DNA of 64,000 nt from a virus (lineage: Duplodnaviria > Caudoviricetes). Positions 48,915 to 58,228 of the stretch are shown in pieces. The stretch lies in IMG/VR virus record IMGVR_UViG_3300027751_000009, positions 14,891 through 78,890 of that record; one strand, written 5' to 3'. Under the pieces are notes generated by a model. That model did not search any database. It saw only the letters and a list, made by a program, of their open reading frames with translations, and was not told the origin of the DNA. Position numbers and translations under genes: made by a program. Each line of letters begins with the position of its first letter. Within the stretch, counting starts at the first letter, position 1.

Positions 48915-49223
48915 TTAAAATAATGTTTGTTGTCCTAATGGCATAGAGTAATAACATTCAGGTGCGCCATAAATACCTGTACGTTTATCTTCAAGCTTTA
49001 CTAACTTTTTATTAAAAGCTAAATTGCTTAATGCACGTCTTATTGACGTTAGTGGAACACTAATATTATTAGGGTATTTCTCCCAAACTAATGAAGCTGA
49101 TAACTTAATATGCTTCCTCATTATGTTCATTACTATTTCTTCTTGCGATTGAGTTTCTTTTACTCTTACTTTTACTACCTCTGGTTTTTCATTGGTAGTA
49201 TTGTGAAACGATTTACTTTCCAT
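48915..49223 (-). CDS. Winged-helix-like DNA-binding protein
   Basis: PLTSIRRALSNL....L.K....R.G.YG pattern. Confidence 0.5.
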   Translation of the reverse strand: MESKSFHNTTNEKPEVVKVRVKETQSQEEIVMNIMRKHIKLSASLVWEKYPNNISVPLTSIRRALSNLAFNKKLVKLEDKRTGIYGAPECYYSMPLGQQTLF

Positions 49224-49225
49224 AA

Positions 49226-49426
49226 TTAAGTTGTTTCTACGTAAAGAACAATATCTTGATTGTTACTCATTTCTTGTTCTAATATTTCATAGACACTACG
49301 TTGGTCGCAAGCGTCTTGAATATTTATTTGCCAATCTACTTCTGCTATAATATCATAAGCAAATATGGCTCTTTCATTCCAAAGGCTTATAGCCTCTTTA
49401 ACTGTTATTTCAGCTCCAATAAACAT
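49226..49426 (-). CDS. Hypothetical protein
   Basis: Packed operon. Confidence 0.55.
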   Translation of the reverse strand: MFIGAEITVKEAISLWNERAIFAYDIIAEVDWQINIQDACDQRSVYEILEQEMSNNQDIVLYVETT

Positions 49427-49429
49427 AAT

Positions 49430-49855
49430 TTAAAATTCTATTTTTAATTGAAAGTCACCTGTATATCCTTTGTCTTTACAAATCTTAACAAATTCTTCAG
49501 GTGTTTCCAGGTTATACTTCATATCATCGAGGATAAGTTTCTCTATGTGTTTATAGTACCATACTTTAAACCTACGATTGTTCATACCGTAATTTTCGAT
49601 AATCTCATCGTATTCTATATTTGTTAATGGTCTATCACATATGTAAGTCCAATAGTTCTCTACGCCACTCTTACGTGATTGGTAAGGCATTGTATCTATG
49701 ATAAAGGCTATTTGTAAACCTTTGGAACTTTTCTTGTTGTAGAGAGCGTATTTAGCTCTAAAAGAATGTTTAGGTAAGTGTTTCTTTATGAACTTTATTT
49801 CCCTTTTAGTAAACTTATAATCTTTAGGTTTACTATAAAGTTCTATCAAGTCCAT
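49430..49855 (-). CDS. Hypothetical protein
   Basis: Packed operon. Confidence 0.6.
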   Translation of the reverse strand: MDLIELYSKPKDYKFTKREIKFIKKHLPKHSFRAKYALYNKKSSKGLQIAFIIDTMPYQSRKSGVENYWTYICDRPLTNIEYDEIIENYGMNNRRFKVWYYKHIEKLILDDMKYNLETPEEFVKICKDKGYTGDFQLKIEF

Positions 49856-50331
49856 TAAACAACTTTTAATCCTTCATTCTTGTCTTCTATACGTTTATGT
49901 ACGACTTCCATTGTAATAGCATTACGATAGAGCTCATTGCATAGTACTGTGATTTCTTCTTCATATTGATTAATAGCATTTTCACAATTATTAGCCCAAT
50001 CCCAAAACTCTGCATAATCTTGTAACATTTCATCATCATCTTCCCAATCATCTATGGTATCTCTATCATATGCTATTTGAAAGTCATAATAAGAGCCAAA
50101 ATCGTGAGGACATAAATTCCAATAGAAATATGCTTTATCGTGAAATTTCAATGGTACTTTCAACTGATCACTCTCTGTAAAGAAAGCTGTCATTATTTGT
50201 CGTTCAATCGCTGCTTTAGCTTTATAGGTATCTGTACCTACTTGTGCAAAGCCTACTGTTCCGAGATATATAATATCCCATCTATTCGGTAGTGTTTTCA
50301 TATTATTTCCATTCGTTATAACCGACTTCAA
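49855..50331 (-). CDS. Hypothetical protein
   Basis: Packed operon; W....PHDFGSYY motif. Confidence 0.6.
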   Translation of the reverse strand: MKSVITNGNNMKTLPNRWDIIYLGTVGFAQVGTDTYKAKAAIERQIMTAFFTESDQLKVPLKFHDKAYFYWNLCPHDFGSYYDFQIAYDRDTIDDWEDDDEMLQDYAEFWDWANNCENAINQYEEEITVLCNELYRNAITMEVVHKRIEDKNEGLKVV

Positions 50332-50521
50332 AAGCTATTGAGTCGAATTTTCTTATTACTGTACCATACATACCTTTTTTTGCGTATGATTTAGCACACT
50401 TCTTATCTATAGAACTCTTGTCGTTACCAGCCCAACAATGTTCTGTTAAGTCCATTACTACATCTACGTTATGTAGAAAGTTTAAATACTTTTCGTAATC
50501 TGATTTAGATTTTAATGCCAT
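50303..50521 (-). CDS. Hypothetical protein
   Basis: YG...R..D.IAFEVGYNEW motif. Confidence 0.6.
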   Translation of the reverse strand: MALKSKSDYEKYLNFLHNVDVVMDLTEHCWAGNDKSSIDKKCAKSYAKKGMYGTVIRKFDSIAFEVGYNEWK

Positions 50522-50544
50522 AATTGTTTATTGTTTTATTAATA

Positions 50545-50832
50545 TTATTCGTAATCTACTACAATTCTCGTTCTATTATAAAAAGAATTTTTGTCTAAAA
50601 CTTTTTCTTCTCCTATTTCATATATAGCATAAGTAACAATAGCTATTCCATCTATTATTCCAAGTCTTTGTCCTTCTATTGGCATAAAAGGAAGTTCTAC
50701 TTCATAATAAATAGCTTCATAATCTTTATCGTATAACCATCCTTGTGGTTTATAGTATTTGATATAATCTTCTTCAGTATGGCAACAGCCATCTGTTTTA
50801 AAAGGGTCTAACTCTACTAATACTTTTATCAT
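50545..50832 (-). CDS. Hypothetical protein (paralog of next gene)
   Basis: Starts MIKVLVE. Confidence 0.6.
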   Translation of the reverse strand: MIKVLVELDPFKTDGCCHTEEDYIKYYKPQGWLYDKDYEAIYYEVELPFMPIEGQRLGIIDGIAIVTYAIYEIGEEKVLDKNSFYNRTRIVVDYE

Positions 50833-51053
50833 CTTTCAATTTCTACAAATAATTCAACTTCTCTACATAAGTTCTCATTATTGATTAAATAATCAATACC
50901 CTTAACTTTGAAAGTAGTCCAATTTAGATCTCGTTCTGTGTCTCTTACAGGAAAAGAAATAAGCTCTCCTATTCTCGGTACATTATTTGTATAGAAATAT
51001 GAAGGGCATTCTTTTCTGCCTTCTCCATCATATTCTACTAATACTTTTATCAT
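50829..51053 (-). CDS. Hypothetical protein (paralog of previous gene)
   Basis: Starts MIKVLVE. Confidence 0.6.
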   Translation of the reverse strand: MIKVLVEYDGEGRKECPSYFYTNNVPRIGELISFPVRDTERDLNWTTFKVKGIDYLINNENLCREVELFVEIER

Positions 51054-51054
51054 T

Positions 51055-51735
51055 TTATAAAAATTTATATGTTTCTCCTATTGTTTTAATTGAAGTGCTT
51101 TGCCAAGCACCATTTCTTATGGACATAATATTTCCCCAATGCTTATGAAACATTCTCATAAATGGTTCGTATTTGTTTTTCCATTTTTCAAGCCTCTTAT
51201 CATATTCTTTCTCTGCTAACTCATTGATTCTATCATTGAAATCTCTACCTCTGGACTCATACCAATCTTCTTTGTGAGAATGTATTTCCCACATTTCTTC
51301 ACAAATTTCATCGTACTTAAAGTTCGGAATAACACCTAAAGGATAGTGATGTAATTCAGCTTCATCAGTAGTTAGTATCAATGTATCATCATTCATCGCT
51401 AATACTATAGCTGTACCCATATATGCTGCTGATAGTTCTCTATGATACATATCATGTTTGTTTGGAAATCTCCAATCGCATATACCTTCTGATTCATCAA
51501 TATTAAAGAAATAATCATCTTGAAAAGATGCAACTTCATACTCACATATAAGTTCGTATTTTGTATCTATTTCATCTTGTGTAAGGTCTTCGAATTTCTC
51601 TTCGTCAATATCCTCTACACGTTCTTTAACAGTTTTATCTTTATCAGGATATGATTCAGTAAAGTCTAAAAAGAAAGTAGTAGGATTATACCTACTACTA
51701 TCAAAACTTTTTATTATTGGATTACCTGCTCCCAT
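51055..51735 (-). CDS. Hypothetical acidic protein
   Basis: Packed operon. Confidence 0.6.
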   Translation of the reverse strand: MGAGNPIIKSFDSSRYNPTTFFLDFTESYPDKDKTVKERVEDIDEEKFEDLTQDEIDTKYELICEYEVASFQDDYFFNIDESEGICDWRFPNKHDMYHRELSAAYMGTAIVLAMNDDTLILTTDEAELHHYPLGVIPNFKYDEICEEMWEIHSHKEDWYESRGRDFNDRINELAEKEYDKRLEKWKNKYEPFMRMFHKHWGNIMSIRNGAWQSTSIKTIGETYKFL

Positions 51736-51998
51736 TAGTCTACATATGTATAATCGTTAGCTGAAATCCATTCTATCTTAATACCTCTTGCTTTCGCTAT
51801 AAGATGCATATTTTCAAGTACTCCCCAACTGTTAGGTGGATTGTAGTTTACAACGTGTGATGCTGTATCGACTTGAATTGTCGGGTCTTTGCCGTCCCAA
51901 TAAGCTATTGGTAACGCACTGTCGATGTGCCTTAATTCTTCTTCTGTATAAACAGCTTTCATTAAGTCACCTTTACTTCTGACTTTAATTGTTCTCAT
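51735..51998 (-). CDS. Hypothetical protein
   Basis: Packed operon. Confidence 0.55.
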   Translation of the reverse strand: MRTIKVRSKGDLMKAVYTEEELRHIDSALPIAYWDGKDPTIQVDTASHVVNYNPPNSWGVLENMHLIAKARGIKIEWISANDYTYVD

Positions 51999-52007
51999 AA
52001 TTTTCTT

Positions 52008-52178
52008 TTATAAAATATTAACTTCTTTTTCATCTTTTGGAATTATCTGTTGTACTTTTTTAAGGTTTATTTCATACTCTCCAAAGTTTGAATTAACAGA
52101 GTTCTTTAAACGTTCCAATACAAGTTTAGCTTCTCTTAATGTTGGAACTGTAATACTTAATTTGATTTTGTAGCTCAT
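52008..52178 (-). CDS. 56-aa hypothetical protein (not in the ORF track)
   Basis: MSYKIKLSITVPTLREAK...EVNIL*; ATGA overlap with the upstream stop. Confidence 0.55.
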   Translation of the reverse strand: MSYKIKLSITVPTLREAKLVLERLKNSVNSNFGEYEINLKKVQQIIPKDEKEVNIL

Positions 52179-52411
52179 TTATCTATTGTATTAATTAATT
52201 CATTACAATTACTATACATAATCTTCTTATCAAAATCTCTTACTAATTTCCAATCTATCACACCTTCTTTATTATCATTACAATAATTAATAAGTTCGTG
52301 ATAGTATGGGTCTATTGTGCTCTTGAAAGTTTCTGAATACTTCCATTTACCACTTGCTAATTTTCTATAAAATTTATACATTATGCGTGTTTGGTAGTTT
52401 CTTGAACCCAC
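52175..52411 (-). CDS. Hypothetical protein
   Basis: Packed operon; true start probably MYKFYRK. Confidence 0.5.
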   Translation of the reverse strand: MGSRNYQTRIMYKFYRKLASGKWKYSETFKSTIDPYYHELINYCNDNKEGVIDWKLVRDFDKKIMYSNCNELINTIDK

Positions 52412-52833
52412 TGTGATAACTTAAGAGTCATCTCTTCAAATTCCATTACATCTTCAGGATAGTGCTCATTCATTAAATCAGCATCATCTTCTTCAGTTAA
52501 CCAATGTATCAATAATTTATTCTGTGCCTCTCTAAAGTTTTTCAGTAAAGTATAGGCTTCAACAGAAAGATTAGGTTTTGGATTCATATCGTTTTTAGCG
52601 AATATATTCCAAAAGTCTTCTTCAACTCGATATAATGAAGTATCTGGAGTATAATCATTAGTATCTAAATCTAATGTGAAACTACCATCAAGCATTTCTC
52701 TAATGTATAAAGCACCTTCATAAACATGTAGCTTTGCAGTTCCTTTAACCATTTCATGGTCAACATCATATAATGTATGATATTGTTGTTGATTCATTTC
52801 AACTCTTGTTCTTCTAAATTCTTCTAATGTCAT
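52381..52833 (-). CDS. Hypothetical protein
   Basis: Packed operon. Confidence 0.6.
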   Translation of the reverse strand: MTLEEFRRTRVEMNQQQYHTLYDVDHEMVKGTAKLHVYEGALYIREMLDGSFTLDLDTNDYTPDTSLYRVEEDFWNIFAKNDMNPKPNLSVEAYTLLKNFREAQNKLLIHWLTEEDDADLMNEHYPEDVMEFEEMTLKLSQWVQETTKHA

Positions 52834-52835
52834 AA

Positions 52836-53018
52836 TTATTCGTTTCTTAAATCTGTTATTTCTCCATCAAATATTCCCCAAGAACAGTTTGATATATGTC
52901 TTCCCTGTTCTATTAAAAATTCTTCTATGCGTTCAGCACTCCAATCACAATCTACATCGTATAGAAACAGTCCATTTACGGACTGGTCTATACAAGCTAC
53001 AGGAATTAAATATCCCAT
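52836..53018 (-). CDS. Hypothetical protein
   Basis: Packed operon. Confidence 0.55.
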   Translation of the reverse strand: MGYLIPVACIDQSVNGLFLYDVDCDWSAERIEEFLIEQGRHISNCSWGIFDGEITDLRNE

Positions 53019-53932
53019 TATTCGTCTCCATCAAAATTGTTAAACACTTTGTCTATCAGCTGTACCAAATAACTATTGGTTAGTTTCTCTGGTTTAGTAT
53101 CTCTTATGATATTTATCAGCTGACTGAAATAAGCTATATCTACACCTATCAATTGTTCTTCTAATATGACAGGGTTTTTAAGGTCTAAGTCTGAAATTTG
53201 AAATAACATTTTCAATATTTCTCCTGCGTTAATAGTCCACTGACGCGTAATGAATTTCTTCATTCGTATTACAGAGGTTAAAGGATATTTACTTCCCTGA
53301 TAACGTAGCTCTTTAGTCAATAGACTTTCCAATGCTCTGATATTTGTTACCAAACCATCTTTATAAGTCCAATAGTTTGTAGCGTGTATGAAATCAAATG
53401 ATTCGTGTATCTGTTCAGCTGTACCACTAAAACGTAATACTATCTGAATATCATCTGATAATGATATTGCATTTTGAGAATAGAAAATAGGAAAGTATTT
53501 CTTTCCTTTAGCTTTTTGTTCTTCTATATCTTCATTTGCAATAGCTATACCAGCACCATCAATTTGTAATTTCACTTGACCAGGATGTAATGACTTATAC
53601 ATTACTGCCATAAATGAAGTGTTACCATAAGGCATATCCGTATAGTTTTCTTCAGGTGGTAACAATCCTAAATAATGTTCTCTGTTATTACCATCAAGTA
53701 CAGTAAGGTCATTAAATTTAGCATAGTGCTTTGCTAATTTTAATAATACAGAATGGTCTTGTATATAAATATCAAAATCATTGATATCTTCTTTTAATAG
53801 CATACTTGCTATTGAGCCTCCTGATAGTAAGATATTCTCTCTTACTTCAATAGTTAGAACTTCATCGGTTATTGTTGATAACCAATCTTCCATTTTCTTC
53901 TTAATTACTTTGTTAATTGTTTTTACTTTCAT
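53018..53932 (-). CDS. Nucleotidyltransferase (Pol-beta superfamily)
   Basis: LSGGSIAS...INDFDIY signature; later SFDFIH. Confidence 0.7.
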   Translation of the reverse strand: MKVKTINKVIKKKMEDWLSTITDEVLTIEVRENILLSGGSIASMLLKEDINDFDIYIQDHSVLLKLAKHYAKFNDLTVLDGNNREHYLGLLPPEENYTDMPYGNTSFMAVMYKSLHPGQVKLQIDGAGIAIANEDIEEQKAKGKKYFPIFYSQNAISLSDDIQIVLRFSGTAEQIHESFDFIHATNYWTYKDGLVTNIRALESLLTKELRYQGSKYPLTSVIRMKKFITRQWTINAGEILKMLFQISDLDLKNPVILEEQLIGVDIAYFSQLINIIRDTKPEKLTNSYLVQLIDKVFNNFDGDE

Positions 53933-53956
53933 CTTATTATATTTTAAATATTAAAC

Positions 53957-53989
53957 ATAAAAAAACCACTTAAATTAATAAGTGGTTTT
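53957..53989 (-). terminator. Intrinsic terminator
   Basis: AAAACCACUUA-N6-UAAGUGGUUUU followed by a U-run on the - strand. Confidence 0.65.
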
Positions 53990-53993
53990 AATA

Positions 53994-54263
53994 TTAAAAT
54001 TTTCCGTTATCTAAATTATTTAGCCATAAATTCAAATCAGATAAATTTAATTTAGGTATCATATCTCTATTGCCATTAGCATACAATATGTTTAACTCAT
54101 AAGGAAAAGCTATATTGGTATGTGCCATTTGACCTGTAGATATTCTTGCTGAATTACCATTATCAAATGATATATCAGCAAACTTGTCAAGCTCTGTAAT
54201 CTTGATGTCATTATCAAGAGTTCTAAAGTCTTGCCATTCTAATTTTGGGATGATATATTTCAT
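53994..54263 (-). CDS. Hypothetical protein
   Basis: Packed operon. Confidence 0.55.
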   Translation of the reverse strand: MKYIIPKLEWQDFRTLDNDIKITELDKFADISFDNGNSARISTGQMAHTNIAFPYELNILYANGNRDMIPKLNLSDLNLWLNNLDNGKF

Positions 54264-55111
54264 TATTTATTCTTCTTCTTTGCTTCTTGGTCTTTAATTA
54301 CTTTTTCTAATTGTGAAATTCTTAAATCTGTATTGTTCTGTTCCCATTTGATAGCATCAATGCTCTTTTGTGGAAAACCTAACTCTACAGCTTTTCTGAT
54401 AACTTCATCAAAGCGTTCCTTTAATTCAGTTATATCTTCTTCAGGCATTACTAAAGTAGGTAGTTCTTCTTCTACTACTACTTCCTCAACTACAGGTGGT
54501 GGTGCTACTTTAGGAATGTCTTTAACGATAACCATTACACCTCTACGATTAAGATAGTTTTCTCCTTTGTTTTTCTTAATCTGTTCTATAACATCTTTAG
54601 GTTGTAATGATACATCAGATATTGGTGGCAATGGTATTTTAACCTTTGGTTCTTTTACAGCATTTTCAGCTTTCTTCATAGTAGCTACTACAACTTTTTC
54701 TTCTATGATTGGTTTTAAAGGTGCTGGTGCTTTCTCTATAATAGCTTCTTTTAAAGGCTCATTAACTTCGAATGCTTCTTGTGGTGTTATCAATGGTAAA
54801 GCAAAGCTATCTTCTATAACTTCTATTTCTTCTTCAGTGATAACTTTAGCTGTTAAGTTTCCAGTAGCTACATATGTAGGTCTTTTAAAACTACCTTCAA
54901 TTGGTGCTATGACTTCAATAGGCTTCTTCTTAGCTACTTTCTTCTTCTTGATAGGTGTTTCTACCTTTTCTTCTTTTAAAATCTCTGTATCAGTCTTTTC
55001 TTGTTGATAAAGAAAATCCTGAATAACATCTATGATGTTTTCTGAAATTGATTCTGTTTCAAATGATACTTTACTTAAAATACCATCTGTCATTACTGTT
55101 GTTACTTTCAT
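54263..55111 (-). CDS. Low-complexity K/E/P-rich hypothetical protein
   Basis: Long ORF on the coding strand. Confidence 0.6.
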   Translation of the reverse strand: MKVTTVMTDGILSKVSFETESISENIIDVIQDFLYQQEKTDTEILKEEKVETPIKKKKVAKKKPIEVIAPIEGSFKRPTYVATGNLTAKVITEEEIEVIEDSFALPLITPQEAFEVNEPLKEAIIEKAPAPLKPIIEEKVVVATMKKAENAVKEPKVKIPLPPISDVSLQPKDVIEQIKKNKGENYLNRRGVMVIVKDIPKVAPPPVVEEVVVEEELPTLVMPEEDITELKERFDEVIRKAVELGFPQKSIDAIKWEQNNTDLRISQLEKVIKDQEAKKKNK

Positions 55112-55251
55112 TTGTTCTGGTTTTTATAATTATTAATCTCGTTTCTTAATTCTTTGAATATCTTTTGAGCGTGTCGTTTTGTAAACAATACACCAAAATA
55201 AAACCCTATAAAAATAGAGGATGATATTACTATTATTGCTTCTACAAGCAT
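55108..55251 (-). CDS. 47-aa single-TM protein (not in the ORF track)
   Basis: MLVEAIIVISSSIFIGFYFGVLFTKRHAQK...*; overlaps both neighbours. Confidence 0.6.
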   Translation of the reverse strand: MLVEAIIVISSSIFIGFYFGVLFTKRHAQKIFKELRNEINNYKNQNK

Positions 55252-55598
55252 TACCTCTTTGGACATAATCTTGCTATTAAATGTTTTAAAAATAGTTTCT
55301 TTTGTTCTATGATTTCTTTCATATGCTCATCTTCATAATACCAAGCCATATCCCACCAAGAGTAAGAGTGTTCATTTTTATTATAATGAATATTTTTATA
55401 GAACTTTACATACTTATCTTTTGATGGTCTATGCTTTCTTATATAAGCTAATGTTCTATTCATTTCTTTATCTGTTATAGTTCCTTGTCCATGTAACTTT
55501 TTAATTGTGTTACAAATATAAAAGTTGCCATTAAACAAATGAGAGTTTTCATAACTTAAAGTCTGTTCTGCTAACGATAATATATCTTTGATAAACAT
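55251..55598 (-). CDS. Hypothetical protein
   Basis: Packed operon. Confidence 0.6.
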   Translation of the reverse strand: MFIKDILSLAEQTLSYENSHLFNGNFYICNTIKKLHGQGTITDKEMNRTLAYIRKHRPSKDKYVKFYKNIHYNKNEHSYSWWDMAWYYEDEHMKEIIEQKKLFLKHLIARLCPKR

Positions 55599-56008
55599 TA
55601 TTGAGCGTTTTTTTCAAGGTCTTTTAAAAACTCTATAACATCATCTCCAATGAAAGCTACTTTCTTTTTCATAGCTTCTGCATTAGTATCAAATATTCTA
55701 TGGAAAGCTTCTGCTTTCATATAGATAATCTCTCCTGTTCTATATGCTCCCTCTGGATTGATAGTTCCATTAGAGAACTTTTCGCTTTTATGTTCATCGC
55801 AACCTACAAGTGCATAGAAACCATTATCAAATTTCTCTTGTACTTCAGGTGAGATACCCCAACCAGTGATAGTATTAAGTTTTAAGGATTGTTTCAATCG
55901 TCCTGTTTCCCTATCAATTCTTGTGTCTAACAGTAAATTGTCTGTGTCATATGGTTGTCCTGTGACAACACATATTTTTTGTTCTAAACTTACGTGTGAT
56001 TTGCTCAT
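55598..56008 (-). CDS. Hypothetical protein
   Basis: Packed operon. Confidence 0.6.
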   Translation of the reverse strand: MSKSHVSLEQKICVVTGQPYDTDNLLLDTRIDRETGRLKQSLKLNTITGWGISPEVQEKFDNGFYALVGCDEHKSEKFSNGTINPEGAYRTGEIIYMKAEAFHRIFDTNAEAMKKKVAFIGDDVIEFLKDLEKNAQ

Positions 56009-56301
56009 TAGTTTTTCTGATTTAATTTATTAATATATTCATCGCATTTCTGTATGATAATTGTCATTTCATCATCATCAGTAAGTTCAAAGATGTCTGG
56101 CTTCTCATAGCCTATTAGATTAGTTCCTTTAGGAAATATCTGACTCCACTCATATACATAGCCTTCATTCATTCCATCATCATCTATATCTTCAGCTCTG
56201 CTATCGTGTACATCAAACCATTTTCCAATAGCGTGATCGTTACCATACCATATTGTGATATGCTCTGTTAATTTTTTAGAATGTCTACTCATAGTCTTCA
56301 T
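56008..56301 (-). CDS. Hypothetical protein
   Basis: YGNDH..GKWFDV motif. Confidence 0.6.
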   Translation of the reverse strand: MKTMSRHSKKLTEHITIWYGNDHAIGKWFDVHDSRAEDIDDDGMNEGYVYEWSQIFPKGTNLIGYEKPDIFELTDDDEMTIIIQKCDEYINKLNQKN

Positions 56302-56704
56302 CTATTTGCCATAAATGATGGCAATAAGGTTGCAAGTTCACAAACTCTTCTTCTGGTGGAAACAGCTGTGCCATTGTTACATCGTTTGGAACATAGTAAT
56401 ATCTTGCTGCTTTAATCTCTTTATAACTCGGTGATGCATTATGTTTGCTTATAGACAAATGCCATTTACCGTTATCTATAGAAACCATAACAGTACATTT
56501 CTTAAACCTAAATGTTCCCTCTTTATATTTCTTATCATCATAACCAGGCTTTACTAATTGTACAGCACTGTCTATCTCATAAGCTGTAGCACCATCTTCA
56601 TTCAAAAAGTATATTAAATTACACTTGTATTTAATACTCCATTTGATAGCTGTAATCTTTGTGATGTAATCATCACATACTTTAATCTTATCTCCTATTT
56701 TCAT
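56285..56704 (-). CDS. Conserved phage protein (DUF7694-like C-terminal domain)
   Basis: WHLSIS....PSYKEIK.AR.......MAQLFPP.EEFVNL..YC.HLWQ. Confidence 0.6.
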   Translation of the reverse strand: MKIGDKIKVCDDYITKITAIKWSIKYKCNLIYFLNEDGATAYEIDSAVQLVKPGYDDKKYKEGTFRFKKCTVMVSIDNGKWHLSISKHNASPSYKEIKAARYYYVPNDVTMAQLFPPEEEFVNLQPYCHHLWQIDEDYE

Positions 56705-57483
56705 CTTTTTCTTATTCCAATTGTGTTAGGTATATACCAATATGAATTATTAGCATTGTCTTCTCTAAAACTTGTTTCATAGCTACCTACTCTACGTTGT
56801 ATAGCTATATCAGTTTCTATGTATAGTGATGCTTCTGGACCACCTTCTAAATACATCATATTTCGTATGTTATATGGTGATTGTAGCATAATATTTATGA
56901 AGTCGTGCATCTTGTATGGTGAACGACAATGTATTAATAATACATTCCCTTTTCTATCCATAGCAATACAAGCTACACTCCACATCTTGTCTTGTAAAGA
57001 CCATACATTCTTTTGCTTTAAATCTATCATTCTGATAGATTGTGCATATGAATGATATTTAGTTTTAAGTTCATTCCAGTCTTGATGTTCTGTATCTATG
57101 ATTTGTACTCTTGGTACACTATCATCTTTCCTATTGAAAGCTAATATAGCTTTATCTTTATTACGCATAGGATTGTTATAGTTCTCATAGTTTTTCATGT
57201 AACCCATATTCTTGTAGTTACGTTGGAACATACCAGCATTTATAGTAGCAACAAGATTGTTCTCTTTTGCTGTCTGTTCTACAGTTTTCATCTGTTCGTT
57301 AAATAAGAGAAAACTATATTTCTCTGGGTCTATTTTTAAAATAGTAATAGTACTGTTATCATAAATAGATTTTTGAGATACCTTATACTCTGATATCTCT
57401 AATCCATTCTGTAAGTACTTCCATTTTGTTTGTGCTTGTGTTGCTACAGCAAACAAGCATATCATCATTGTTGTTCCTTTCAT
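56701..57483 (-). CDS. Phosphodiester glycosidase (NAGPA/DUF2233) family, secreted
   Basis: Signal peptide; INAGMF...; IAMDRKGNVLLIH; MMYLEGGPEASL (the LDGGGS equivalent). Confidence 0.7.
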   Translation of the reverse strand: MKGTTMMICLFAVATQAQTKWKYLQNGLEISEYKVSQKSIYDNSTITILKIDPEKYSFLLFNEQMKTVEQTAKENNLVATINAGMFQRNYKNMGYMKNYENYNNPMRNKDKAILAFNRKDDSVPRVQIIDTEHQDWNELKTKYHSYAQSIRMIDLKQKNVWSLQDKMWSVACIAMDRKGNVLLIHCRSPYKMHDFINIMLQSPYNIRNMMYLEGGPEASLYIETDIAIQRRVGSYETSFREDNANNSYWYIPNTIGIRKR

Positions 57484-57572
57484 AATGTGATTATTTTAAG
57501 CTTAAACAATAACCATATTATCATAGCTTCTATTAAAGAACCTATAACACTTGCTATAATTAGTGATTGCAT
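57480..57572 (-). CDS. 30-aa single-TM peptide (not in the ORF track)
   Basis: MQSLIIASVIGSLIEAMIIWLLFKLKIITL*; ATGA overlap with the next gene. Confidence 0.5.
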   Translation of the reverse strand: MQSLIIASVIGSLIEAMIIWLLFKLKIITL

Positions 57573-57883
57573 ATTGTTTTTATTTTATTATGCATTAATA
57601 CTGCTTCTTTAAAAGATACATTATGTTCCTTTTGAAGTTTCTTTATAGATATTATGAATTTACCACGTTTAGTGGTACGCACCCTAAAACAAGAGTGCGT
57701 ATCTTTATTCTTATATCCATAGAAATCTTGACCTATGATTTCTCTCTCTATTTTCTTCCATAAAATTTTAGACCCTATGGTGTACTTTGATGCCTCTTTA
57801 TGAGGTACATAAATCTTACCCATTAGGTACGTTTTGTATGTTGTTTCTTCGTAGGTATGGTGCATATACAAGTGTATATCCAA
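57560..57883 (-). CDS. Hypothetical basic protein
   Basis: Coding strand; true start may be internal (MGKIY). Confidence 0.5.
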   Translation of the reverse strand: MDIHLYMHHTYEETTYKTYLMGKIYVPHKEASKYTIGSKILWKKIEREIIGQDFYGYKNKDTHSCFRVRTTKRGKFIISIKKLQKEHNVSFKEAVLMHNKIKTICNH

Positions 57884-58226
57884 TACCCATTACACATAAT
57901 GCACCAGCTATTGTTACTCCCAATGTGACTGTTGCATATATACTTCCTGTGAATATAACTATATCAATAAACCTATTAGATTTAGTGATAAGCCATTTCA
58001 AGTGTGCGTTCTGTTCTACTAATGCTATGAGTCCACCAAGCATTAGTGTTCCCATTATTACCTGACTGCCTATGGCTGCCGAAAACAATAGTCCTCCCGT
58101 TACTAATACACCACCAAATATCAATGCACCTGTTGTCAAAGACATAGGTTTGATTACTGGTAGGTTTAGATTAAAAACAGGCTCATCTACGTGAGCCTGT
58201 TCTCCTACAAATCTATCTCTTCTCAA
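57816..58226 (-). CDS. Multi-TM membrane protein
   Basis: About four hydrophobic Gly-rich helices. Confidence 0.6.
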   Translation of the reverse strand: MRRDRFVGEQAHVDEPVFNLNLPVIKPMSLTTGALIFGGVLVTGGLLFSAAIGSQVIMGTLMLGGLIALVEQNAHLKWLITKSNRFIDIVIFTGSIYATVTLGVTIAGALCVMGIGYTLVYAPYLRRNNIQNVPNG

Positions 58227-58228
58227 AA

